A stretch of 64,000 bases of DNA from Promethearchaeota archaeon (GTDB lineage: Archaea > Asgardarchaeota > Lokiarchaeia > Sigyniarchaeales > SOKP01): NCBI GenBank assembly GCA_016839585.1, contig JAEOTZ010000015.1:1000-64999 (forward strand), written 5' to 3'. Below are positions 9,984-19,160 of this stretch, piece after piece. Position numbers and translations under genes: made by a program. A model generated the notes under the pieces. It was not told the origin of the DNA, made no database searches, and saw only the letters and a list, made by a program, of their open reading frames with translations. How positions within the stretch are numbered: position 1 is the first letter of the stretch; each line of letters starts with the position of its first letter.

Positions 9984-11294
9984 TTAAAAATATTTGTTAA
10001 TATCCACTTTTGGAAATTCTGCTATATCAAAACTCTTCCCTTTGGCTACGAGTGGTTTAGTCAAATCAAAACCAATTTTTGTCGTCATTTTTGTACCAGG
10101 TTCAGCACTTGGATCTAAACTACTTCCAGGTTCTTTATCTTTAATGACCATTCTAAAATCTCCTTGAAAGCGAGTTGCCATTGCCCATTCTACCGAAAGA
10201 GGATCATAAATATTTATGTCTTTATCTACAATAAATACATGTTTACAACTTGTATGGCCCGTAAAAGCACCTTCTATTGCCTTTTTGCCATCATCTTCAG
10301 ATTTTTTATCAATTTGGATAATTGCATGTAACCAAGAACATCCACCAGGATTAACATTCACATCTAAGCACTTAACACCTGCCTTATTTACCTCATTAAA
10401 AATGGTAGGCTCACGAGGCATTCCCATTAATATTTTATGTTCAAGTGCCCCTGGTAATAAGGCTTGCCAAATTGCATCCTTTCTATGCGTAATTTTCTTC
10501 ACTTCAAAAATAGGTTCTTCTCTAACTATGTCATATGTCTCAGTAAGATCAACAAAAGGACCTTCAGAATGTTTTTCTTCCAAGTAAACACGTCCTTCTA
10601 AGACAAATTCAGCTTCTGCGGGAATTAAAAGATCAACTGAATTCGCTTTTACAATATTGATAGGTTCTAATGCATTAGCAATATATAATTCATCAACTCC
10701 AATGTCTACAGAGGTGGCCCCTGCAATCAGAATGTTAGGAGTATTACCAATACAAAAGGCAACCTCTAATTCACCATTTTTTTCTAGAAATGTATGAAAA
10801 TGTCGACCTCTAACTATACGAGTGGAAAATTTATCTTTAAAAAACTGCATTGCTCTATGAAAATCCATATTTTGTCCATAATCAGGGTCTCTTGTTATAA
10901 CAACTGCAGAACTAATGTAATTTCCTCCGTCTTTTTCACAATGGAACAAAATTGGCAATTTATCTAAATCTACATTTGATTCGATTACTTCTTGACAAGG
11001 AGCTTTTGATACAACCTCTGGTTCCGAGTATTCGGATATTGCTTTAGAAAGCATTGGTATGAGATCAGCAGGAGAAACACCAAAGTATGACGCAATTACA
11101 TTCTTAGTACAGATCATATTGCCAACAACCCGAAATTCAGATTCTTTAACATTATTGAACATTACTGGAGTTGGCTCTATCTCTTTTAGAATTCCAGAAA
11201 TCTCCAATTTCTTCGAAACTTCAACATCTACTTTTCGTAGATGTCCCTCTTCATCAATTTTTTTTAAATATTCTCTAAATCCCATAAAATTCAT
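9984..11294 (-). CDS. UbiD-family prFMN-dependent decarboxylase, probable trans-anhydromevalonate 5-phosphate decarboxylase
   Basis: UbiD-like N-terminus (FREYLKKIDEEGHLRKVDVEVSKKLEISGI, PVMFNNVKESEFRVVGNM) and 436 aa length. Substrate is inferred from its position 3 nt from the AcnX genes and from ubiX in the same cluster. Confidence 0.75.
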   Translation of the reverse strand: MNFMGFREYLKKIDEEGHLRKVDVEVSKKLEISGILKEIEPTPVMFNNVKESEFRVVGNMICTKNVIASYFGVSPADLIPMLSKAISEYSEPEVVSKAPCQEVIESNVDLDKLPILFHCEKDGGNYISSAVVITRDPDYGQNMDFHRAMQFFKDKFSTRIVRGRHFHTFLEKNGELEVAFCIGNTPNILIAGATSVDIGVDELYIANALEPINIVKANSVDLLIPAEAEFVLEGRVYLEEKHSEGPFVDLTETYDIVREEPIFEVKKITHRKDAIWQALLPGALEHKILMGMPREPTIFNEVNKAGVKCLDVNVNPGGCSWLHAIIQIDKKSEDDGKKAIEGAFTGHTSCKHVFIVDKDINIYDPLSVEWAMATRFQGDFRMVIKDKEPGSSLDPSAEPGTKMTTKIGFDLTKPLVAKGKSFDIAEFPKVDINKYF

Positions 11295-11375
11295 CTTTTA
11301 AACTTTTTTATCATAATAAAATTATCAACATCAGTGATTTCCCTTAGAAGAGTTATAGAAACACATTTTATAAAT

Positions 11376-12662
11376 CTAAAGGTTTTCACCATCTTCTATT
11401 TTTTTTAAAATTTCTTTAGCATAATCTACTCTAATTTTTTTATCTTCTACTAATATTCTGGCAACTTTTTCAATTAAATCGTCCGGGATGCCAGCAATTT
11501 TAGCAATATTTCGAGAATGTAGAGCCATATGACCTTCTTGAATACCTTCAGAAGCTAAGGCCCTTAAAGCAGCAACATTCTGGGCAAGTCCTAAAGCAGC
11601 TGCGATTTGTGAAAGTTCTTCAGCACTCTTAACATTTAAGATTTTTAAAGCTATTCGAGCCATTGGATGGATTTTCGTCATACCACCAATAATTCCTAGA
11701 GCTAAAGGTATTTCTATTTCTCCCACTAAATTTCCTCCTGAATCGACTTTAAATTTTGTTAATGGAGAATATCTTCCTTTTAAAGAAGCATAAGCATGAG
11801 CCCCTGCCTCAACTGCTCGTGTATCATTCCCAGTTGCTAAACTTAATGCGACGATACCATTCATTATACCTTTATTATGCGTAGTTGCTCTATAAGGATC
11901 TGCTAGAGCGAATTCGTATGCATTTAAAATCCCTTCAACTATTTCTTTTCCACCTAGCAGTTCTTTATCAAAAGTGGCTTTACTTCTAGCCAAGCGATGA
12001 GTAGCTAAATTGGATACAATTCGGAGATAAATCTTTCCTCCACAGATCTCTTCTATATAAGGACTAATAGATTCAGCCATAGTATTTACTACATTTGCAC
12101 CCATTGCATCTAGAACATTTACTAATAAATGAAGAATAATCATCTTCCCCTTATTAGTATTAATTTCTCTTATCTCTATGTCCTGAGCTCCCCCACCTAA
12201 CTTATTTAATACAGGATCCTGCTCATTAGCTATCTTTATTAGGCTTTTTTTATTCTTTTTTAGAGCTTTTTTAGCTATTTCAATATCATTTAATTTTGTT
12301 AATTGAATCTGAGAAATCATAATTGATTTTACTTCTTCTGAGTGAAATCCACCATGTTTTCGGGCCATCTTCGCTGCATTTGAGGCAGCTGCAACCACAG
12401 AAGGCTCTTCTATAACCATAGGGATAATATAATCTCTATCATTTATTTTAAAATTAAAAGCAAGACCAAATGGTAATTGATAACTTCCTATCACATTTTC
12501 AATTAAAGAATCAATCTGAGTAGGAGTGAAATAGCCTAAATCCTTTAATATTTTTACTTCCTCTGGATTTAAATTAACTAAATTAGATAATAATTTTATA
12601 CGCTCATCCATTGATAACTTGTAAAACCCAGAAATATCTGAACGAAATTCCTTCATTACCAT
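11376..12662 (-). CDS. hmgA: HMG-CoA reductase, class II type (soluble, 428 aa)
   Basis: IENVIGSYQLP, PMVIEEPSVVAAASNAAKMAR (class II form, where class I has TTEGCLVAS), VLDAMGANVVN and GHMALHSRNIA. There is no membrane domain. Confidence 0.85.
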   Translation of the reverse strand: MVMKEFRSDISGFYKLSMDERIKLLSNLVNLNPEEVKILKDLGYFTPTQIDSLIENVIGSYQLPFGLAFNFKINDRDYIIPMVIEEPSVVAAASNAAKMARKHGGFHSEEVKSIMISQIQLTKLNDIEIAKKALKKNKKSLIKIANEQDPVLNKLGGGAQDIEIREINTNKGKMIILHLLVNVLDAMGANVVNTMAESISPYIEEICGGKIYLRIVSNLATHRLARSKATFDKELLGGKEIVEGILNAYEFALADPYRATTHNKGIMNGIVALSLATGNDTRAVEAGAHAYASLKGRYSPLTKFKVDSGGNLVGEIEIPLALGIIGGMTKIHPMARIALKILNVKSAEELSQIAAALGLAQNVAALRALASEGIQEGHMALHSRNIAKIAGIPDDLIEKVARILVEDKKIRVDYAKEILKKIEDGENL

Positions 12663-12769
12663 TTCACTAATTCAAAAACTAATAAATTTTACTAAATCTT
12701 TTCGCAATTTTTTTGCAAAGGGAGATTTATGATTATCAAGGTAATAATTAATCAATATAGGAATTTGAG

Positions 12770-14404
12770 TTAATATATGTGGTGAACAGGAATAGGTATA
12801 TAAACGGGAATCCAGTTCAATAACCCTTTTGCGTTTATGTTTTCTTCATATTCACTTTTGACCCTTCTGACTTCGTATTCTAAGGAATTACCCTTGTTAA
12901 CATGACCAGCTACTCTTACATATCCTTTATTTAAATAACTAAAATCATTAAATTCATGATGACCAACTAGTTCAGATGCCAATACAGCAAATAGAGGAAA
13001 AAATCTTTTATGTAATCCTGAGTGTCCCTTAGGACAGTGATCTAATCCCTCAATATTTGGGATAATACATCCCTCATCACAAAAATGAAGTGTAAAACCT
13101 CTATTTTTGTTTTGTTTGTGTTCAGTAATTCGCCCTAATAAAACGATTGGTTTAACGTCACCATTTTTTATTAGTTCATATTCTAAAACACTTCTCTTTT
13201 TCTTTAAGTGAATATAATCATTTATTTTTGGTCCCTTTTGAACAATTTCTTTAAACCTATCCTTAACTTTTAAAAGACCAGAAATACATGTAGCTCCTGA
13301 ACCATATGAACCAAAATAAATTATATCATTAACGTGAGCATGATTTTCGAGAAGGAAAACGATCTGAGCCCAAACACTAGCATTGTACATATTTCCAAAA
13401 TGCATAGGAACTCGTAGTTGCGGTAATACTCTCGCTTTCACATTTGTGTTCAACCAATTTGAAAGTCTTTCTAAAGTTGCCGAAGAAAATCCTTTTTCAT
13501 TAAGTTTTAAATAAATATATTCTGGAAGGACGATAACATCATGTAAGAATGAATCAATTTTTCTCAAAATTGATGACGTAAAGCTGTTTCGTTCAAATCT
13601 CGTTAAATCACTTATATGTTTTATCCAACGTTTTAATATGATTTGTTGCATACATTTCAAGGGTAATTTAGAATATGGAGCGTGAAACGAGTAAAAATCG
13701 GCATGAAAATCTCCAATATTGCTAATTAAGTTATCGTAAGCTTTTAATTGAAAGTCAAGATATGTATCTTGAGAATATTTACCAAAAGCGCTCGCATTTT
13801 TGTCATTTGCAGGTCTGAAAAAGTCATTTACATTTCCAGAGACTTTTCCGAACCGTTTAGAAAATGTTGCAATCCGCGGATTCTTGGAAATTACAAGTCC
13901 AATTGCTCCTGAACCCTGTGTTGGTTCGCCGGGGGAGCCTAGATGATATGAAGAAATATCACTACTGATTACTAGGGCTTTATTTATGATTTCTTTTTCA
14001 ATCATTGCGATAGCATTAAGAATTGCTAGCGTACCGCCAGCACAGGCATTGTAAACATCCATTGTAAGCGCATTGGGCGAAATGGACAACATTTCAGCGA
14101 AAATATTCGATATGCTCTTCGCTGCATATACTTCGGTTTCCGTTCCTACGAATAATGCGTCAATACTCTTAGGAACAATTTTCCCCCTCTGTAAAGCATT
14201 ATACCCTGCTTTTAATCCGAGAGAGATAATATCTTCATCCACTTCAGGGATTCGTATTTCTTTAGATAGAAGCCCTTTACTATATTTAGCTGGATCTACA
14301 TTTCTTTTCAGCGCTAGTTCTGCTAATTTCAAATAAGATCTTGGAGCTGCGAAAGAAGCACTATCAATCCCTATGTCTCCAAATAAATAATCATTGCTTA
14401 TCAT
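12770..14404 (-). CDS. HMG-CoA synthase (MvaS-like) with ~150 aa Cys/His-containing C-terminal extension
   Basis: GIDSASFAAPRSYLKLAELALKRNVDPAKY, VGTETEVYAAKS (Glu), VYNACAGGT (catalytic Cys), FHAPYSKL (His) and GNMYNASVW. At 544 aa it is longer than the ~350-390 aa typical for the enzyme. The tail carries HFCDEGC and HCPKGH followed by beta-rich sequence. Confidence 0.8.
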   Translation of the reverse strand: MISNDYLFGDIGIDSASFAAPRSYLKLAELALKRNVDPAKYSKGLLSKEIRIPEVDEDIISLGLKAGYNALQRGKIVPKSIDALFVGTETEVYAAKSISNIFAEMLSISPNALTMDVYNACAGGTLAILNAIAMIEKEIINKALVISSDISSYHLGSPGEPTQGSGAIGLVISKNPRIATFSKRFGKVSGNVNDFFRPANDKNASAFGKYSQDTYLDFQLKAYDNLISNIGDFHADFYSFHAPYSKLPLKCMQQIILKRWIKHISDLTRFERNSFTSSILRKIDSFLHDVIVLPEYIYLKLNEKGFSSATLERLSNWLNTNVKARVLPQLRVPMHFGNMYNASVWAQIVFLLENHAHVNDIIYFGSYGSGATCISGLLKVKDRFKEIVQKGPKINDYIHLKKKRSVLEYELIKNGDVKPIVLLGRITEHKQNKNRGFTLHFCDEGCIIPNIEGLDHCPKGHSGLHKRFFPLFAVLASELVGHHEFNDFSYLNKGYVRVAGHVNKGNSLEYEVRRVKSEYEENINAKGLLNWIPVYIPIPVHHIY

Positions 14405-14736
14405 TACCGTTATTGCTCGTTTTTATGTACAATGCTTTTAAATTTTAAATAAAGTCAAAATTTTTGGTTTTGATTAAATAAATTTCTAATAAATTAAATA
14501 AAATTCTATTAAAAGTTTTAAAGAACCTACCGTTAAATATCTTTTCTTTTTATTCTCAGACTCTTAAGAATATCAACAGTTCATATTATTATATATAGTG
14601 AATCCAAAATTTTAACAAAAGTGCTTGGTCAAAATCATAGAATTGAAGATCACCATAGATGATTAGTATATCATAAAATTATATATGAATTATTCATATT
14701 CTTATTTGTAGTAAATTGCAATTTTAGGTAAAAATT

Positions 14737-15462
14737 TTGGAAGAATTCAAGAACGTAGATAGGGATAAATTACCTAAACATATTGGTTTGATCCTCGATG
14801 GGAATCGCCGTTGGGCAAGAGAAAATAACATGGCTACTCATTTAGGTCATTTAGTAGGATATAGAACATTAAGGGAGAGATTATTTGATTTTTTTGATGC
14901 TGGGATTCGATATCTAACAATATATGCCCTCTCACTTGAAAATGCTAGAAAGAGGAGCCCTAAAGAATTAAAGTATATCTATAAAATTATATTAAAAGCT
15001 GTTGATACTGTTATAAAAGAATCAATAATAAGAGAAGAGAAAATAAAAATAAATGTTATTGGAAGATTATCTGTATTACCCAACAATGTTCAGGAAAAAA
15101 TTAAAAAGTTAAATGAATTTACTAAGGACCATGACCATGCATTTTTGAATGTATGTATTATGTATGACGGACAAGAAGAAATCGTAGATGCTGTAAAAAA
15201 GATTATTAAGGATAATATTAATGAGGACGATATTAATCGAGAATTAATTAAAAACTATCTCTATACTAATAATTTTCCAGAATTAGATTATTTAATCCGA
15301 ACTGGGATGGAAGACGGTGCTAGAATTTCAGGATTTTTATTGTGGGATGCTTCCTATGCGGAATTTAAATTTCGATCTGATTATTGGCCGGATTATAGTA
15401 GAGAAATGCTTATTGAAGATCTAAAAGACTATATTAAAAGAGTTAGGCGAAAGGGAGAATAA
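14737..15462 (+). CDS. uppS: cis-Prenyltransferase (undecaprenyl/dolichyl-type polyprenyl diphosphate synthase)
   Basis: HIGLILDGNRRWA, YLTIYALSLEN and DYLIRTGMEDGARISGFLLWDASYAEFKF. TTG start. Transcribed divergently from the mevalonate operon. Confidence 0.9.
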   Translation: MEEFKNVDRDKLPKHIGLILDGNRRWARENNMATHLGHLVGYRTLRERLFDFFDAGIRYLTIYALSLENARKRSPKELKYIYKIILKAVDTVIKESIIREEKIKINVIGRLSVLPNNVQEKIKKLNEFTKDHDHAFLNVCIMYDGQEEIVDAVKKIIKDNINEDDINRELIKNYLYTNNFPELDYLIRTGMEDGARISGFLLWDASYAEFKFRSDYWPDYSREMLIEDLKDYIKRVRRKGE

Positions 15463-15627
15463 AATCTTTTTATTATATAATAAGGATATTGAGTTCTTGT
15501 TTTAAACTACTTTTTTGAAACTACTCAAGCTCACTGAAATGTCATGGTAATAATACTTAAACCTAAAAAAGTATGCGATATTTTCGATTAATATAGTAAA
15601 AAAGAATAAAAAAATAAATCGTTAAAT

Positions 15628-17355
15628 ATGTCAAATGCTAGTAACGTTATTTCTTTGAATATTACACAGTTTCCTCAAAATCTTATAATTCCTAATGTAG
15701 CCAATGTTGTTTCAATACAAGCAATAAACAATTCAAGTAAAAGTGAAAATTATCAGTTTACTTTTGAGGGAGAAAATTTAAGTATTAATGTTAAACCAGA
15801 CGAATTAAATGGACAAGTTGAATTTGGACCTGGAGAAACTAAAAATATAGAATTGAGATTAACTCCTACTGCTGATGGTTTTGGAAAATTAACTATTAAT
15901 GCTAATTGGTTAAAGATCGTTCAATACACGGTTAAAGTACAAAGAGTAAGAGATACTGCATCTACAAATAAAATAAACCAGATTTTAGGAAAAAAAGAAT
16001 ATAATCTCTCCAAGAAAATTGATAAATTGAATCCAAATGAATACATTATTTCGATAGATAAAAATGAGTTAAAACAATTAGAAAGACAATATAACTCAAT
16101 GAAAAAAAGTCCAGAGAGTTCTATTCAAGAAATAGAAAGTATGATTAAGCAATTAGCAAAAGGATATCTAGCAGATAACAATCCCCAGAAAGCATTAGAG
16201 TTCGCTCTGCAAATATCAGACGATACCGAAAAAATGAACTTCTATTATAACTTAATTAGAGCATATGCATCAATTAATTTTGACTATACTTTTCAAATGG
16301 TTCAAAGTATAACTGATATAAGTCTTAAGCAAACATTGCTTCATTACCTTGCATTTGATCAAATAGGCATAGATATTTCACAAGCCACCAGTATTTCTAA
16401 TCTCATTGGCGATGAGATATTAAGAGCTAAATTACTTTTTTACATCTCTAAAAAATTCTATGAAATAAATAATAATTTAGAAATTGTTAACAATTTAAAC
16501 CAAATTATCTCTATCGTTGCGAAATCTATAGTACTTAATTCTGATAGCAAAAAAATAAAGAATAAATCTTATGATTTTCTTAAGGATGCTATTTGGATTT
16601 TAGCAGAAATCAATAGTCCTCAAACTGCAGATGCTATTATTGAAGCAATACCATCACAAGAACTAAAAGAAAAAGTTGCTATGGATTTATTTAATGTTAT
16701 TTATGAGATGGTGGATGAGATTAAAACTAAAGTAGAATCTACGCTCGTTTCTTCTCAATATTTTATGCTAAATACTTATGTATCGACAGCTAATGGAAAT
16801 CTGAAAAACTTTTCCCTCATTGGTGGAAACGTGAGTAATAATATTTTAGTAAAGGACTTCAAGTTTAACGTCGCATTACTTTCTTTATTTAGCTTTGATT
16901 TTAGTATTTTTCCTATTTTAGATAGAGTGTATAATGACTTACGATATAGCTTAAATAAATCAATTGCATATTATATCCTCCCTTCAAAAGAGAATTACAA
17001 CGAAAGTGAATTAGGAGTCTTAAATTATACTTTAAAACTGTTTTTTAACAATTTAACAAGGAGCTCGAGTCAAATATTTGTATATAATTTGGACTTTATT
17101 CCCTATTTAGGAAAACCAACTATAATTGTATCATCTGAACAAGATATATTTGATAATATCAAATCTAAACTAAAAAAACTTGGAGATTCTGTTAATCTGA
17201 TAATAGATGATTCATTATTTAAGGGAGGTAAGATTGTTGAGAACTTAAATCAGGTGTTACCTCCTAATAAATGCAGAGTTATTAATTTAGTTTTATCTTA
17301 TGAATTCATTAATGATTATAATACATTTAAAGCCTTTATTCAATCACTAATTTAG
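15628..17355 (+). CDS. Hypothetical protein (N-terminal beta-sandwich-like ~110 aa, then helical region)
   Basis: Long clean ORF of 575 aa. The N-terminus alternates short beta-like segments (ISLNITQFPQNLIIP, VSIQAINN, YQFTFEG, NIELRLTP, KLTINANW). The rest is helix-rich. No family recognised. Confidence 0.55.
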   Translation: MSNASNVISLNITQFPQNLIIPNVANVVSIQAINNSSKSENYQFTFEGENLSINVKPDELNGQVEFGPGETKNIELRLTPTADGFGKLTINANWLKIVQYTVKVQRVRDTASTNKINQILGKKEYNLSKKIDKLNPNEYIISIDKNELKQLERQYNSMKKSPESSIQEIESMIKQLAKGYLADNNPQKALEFALQISDDTEKMNFYYNLIRAYASINFDYTFQMVQSITDISLKQTLLHYLAFDQIGIDISQATSISNLIGDEILRAKLLFYISKKFYEINNNLEIVNNLNQIISIVAKSIVLNSDSKKIKNKSYDFLKDAIWILAEINSPQTADAIIEAIPSQELKEKVAMDLFNVIYEMVDEIKTKVESTLVSSQYFMLNTYVSTANGNLKNFSLIGGNVSNNILVKDFKFNVALLSLFSFDFSIFPILDRVYNDLRYSLNKSIAYYILPSKENYNESELGVLNYTLKLFFNNLTRSSSQIFVYNLDFIPYLGKPTIIVSSEQDIFDNIKSKLKKLGDSVNLIIDDSLFKGGKIVENLNQVLPPNKCRVINLVLSYEFINDYNTFKAFIQSLI

Positions 17356-17465
17356 CAAATAATTTATTGAACAAAAGTATTTATTAAAATTCTATTATAT
17401 ATATTGTAAAATTTTGACAATAAAAAATATAAATAAAAGAAGTACAAAATAAAGGGCACCCCTCT

Positions 17466-19130
17466 ATGGCAAAAGATAAGAAAAAGAAGCAGAAAAAAGA
17501 AAAGAAAAAGAAAAGTAAAGGTAGTGGCGATATATTTGCACATACAAAGGCTCAAAAAGGTAAAGCCGCAGCTGGAGCATGGTATACGCTCGGCAATCCT
17601 ATTGATAAATCTCATGATAAATTGTTTCTAGGTACAGATTATAGAGAAGTGTATATTAATGAGCGTCCATGGTCAGAAATGCTTGCTGATGTGCAGTACT
17701 GGACACCCCTACCTTTTACACATGGAATTGAAATGGAACTGATTATAGCGGATGATAATGGAAATTACCCCCCTGGAGATGAAATGGTTTTTCGGATGAA
17801 AGAAATTGTTAAAGATGCCATCAAGATAATGGATCAAATTCTCTATGAAGGGAGATCTGATTTTCTTCCGGTTCCAGAGTATATCCATCAAAAAGTTCTA
17901 GCTAGACCTTGGGGACGAGATGATATTGAAAAGGGATATGCCATGAATATACGCTACGCTCTAGGAGGTTCTTCTGTAGATATTGATACTTTTGCTCGAG
18001 ATGGGAATGTAACTGCAATCACTTATATATTAGAGCTTGTTACACCTCCATGTGAATATGTAGAAGAACTTGCCTATTGGGCATCCACATTATTTCTTTT
18101 AGCTAAAGCTACATTACCAAAAGATCTGCATATTATAGCTTCTGCTATAAATCCTGCGACTCGTGAGTATATGCGAGGAGTCTCCCAGGCCGACCATAGT
18201 CATCTGGGCACTTTTCAATCTGAGACAGAGAAAATTCAAGCATATTGCATGATAAGGAATTTTATACCCCATATTATCGCTCTCACTTGCAATTCTCCCA
18301 TTCTAAATAACAAACCCACAGATGTTGTTAAAGTGATTAATGGAAGGATCACTGCACCAAACTGCGTACGTTCTTTAAGGCTAAAAAATAACACTACGAT
18401 GTTAAGTAATAACGATCCAAATCACTTTATCCCTTATTTAACATCAACGGATCAAAATTCGATGAATTATTTCCTCCAAGTTGTTCAAAAAGCTAGCTTA
18501 GAAGACGGGCGCTTCCAAGACGTCTTTCCTTTTACAGATTGGGGGACCATTGAAGTACGGATTAGTGATGCTCAAATTTCAATCTGTCGAAGGATAGGAA
18601 TAGGCTTGTTGCTTCAAGCTATGTGCTATAAAGCAAGAAAGTTGTTAGCAAAAGAGGTGTGGGTTCCTGATGCGGGAAGTGCTACAATAGCATATAATAG
18701 AAAAGGGGCCATAGAAAGGGGTTTAATTGCACTCTTTAGACCACAAAATCTTACACGAGAACATCTTGCTAAATATGATCGCGAGTTTGCAGAGCAATAT
18801 CTAGGTCCAGCAAATCAACCTATAAGATATTTAGCTCAGGCAGTGCAACGAATGTTCTTTTATCTAAAAGAAGAACTTAAAGAGTTAGGCTTCCTATACA
18901 GCCCATTTATGAAACCATTGTTGCAATCTGTTTTTGGAAGTGTAAGCTATGCTGAACCACCTATAACCGAAGCAGAATATCAGCTAAGTTTATATAAATA
19001 CAAATTAGATAATGGTGAAAATCCAAATATCTTATATGATTTGATCTATTTTACTATTCAGTATTGTCAAGATCCTTTAAATAATCCGCTTACGGGGGTT
19101 TTGACTCTTCCAAAAGAAATGCGAGATTAA
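17466..19130 (+). CDS. YbdK/GCS2-family carboxylate-amine ligase with poly-Lys N-terminal tail
   Basis: FTHGIEMELIIADDNG, NFIPHIIALTCNSPIL and WGTIEVRISDAQ align to the E. coli YbdK motifs as I recall them (GIELEM, FVPHFIALSASSPY, GTVEVRVMD). The N-terminus is AKDKKKKQKKEKKKKSKGS. Confidence 0.75.
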   Translation: MAKDKKKKQKKEKKKKSKGSGDIFAHTKAQKGKAAAGAWYTLGNPIDKSHDKLFLGTDYREVYINERPWSEMLADVQYWTPLPFTHGIEMELIIADDNGNYPPGDEMVFRMKEIVKDAIKIMDQILYEGRSDFLPVPEYIHQKVLARPWGRDDIEKGYAMNIRYALGGSSVDIDTFARDGNVTAITYILELVTPPCEYVEELAYWASTLFLLAKATLPKDLHIIASAINPATREYMRGVSQADHSHLGTFQSETEKIQAYCMIRNFIPHIIALTCNSPILNNKPTDVVKVINGRITAPNCVRSLRLKNNTTMLSNNDPNHFIPYLTSTDQNSMNYFLQVVQKASLEDGRFQDVFPFTDWGTIEVRISDAQISICRRIGIGLLLQAMCYKARKLLAKEVWVPDAGSATIAYNRKGAIERGLIALFRPQNLTREHLAKYDREFAEQYLGPANQPIRYLAQAVQRMFFYLKEELKELGFLYSPFMKPLLQSVFGSVSYAEPPITEAEYQLSLYKYKLDNGENPNILYDLIYFTIQYCQDPLNNPLTGVLTLPKEMRD

Positions 19131-19160
19131 AATAAATAAAAAAGTTTTTGAGTCAAAGCA

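Noticed and set aside
4772-14336. Six tracked ORFs antisense to mevalonate-pathway genes (4772-4963, 6507-6764, 8423-8698, 10216-10587, 11059-11301, 14073-14336)
   Set aside because: Each lies entirely inside a longer ORF with strong enzyme motifs on the opposite strand. Their translations are Ser/Pro/Leu/Phe-rich with no motifs.
17364-17615. 83-aa minus-strand ORF rich in Phe/Leu overlapping the start of the GCS2-like gene
   Set aside because: It is the reverse complement of the poly-Lys (AAG/AAA) coding run, which gives a poly-Phe/Leu artefact. ORF 17709-17891 is rejected for the same reason.
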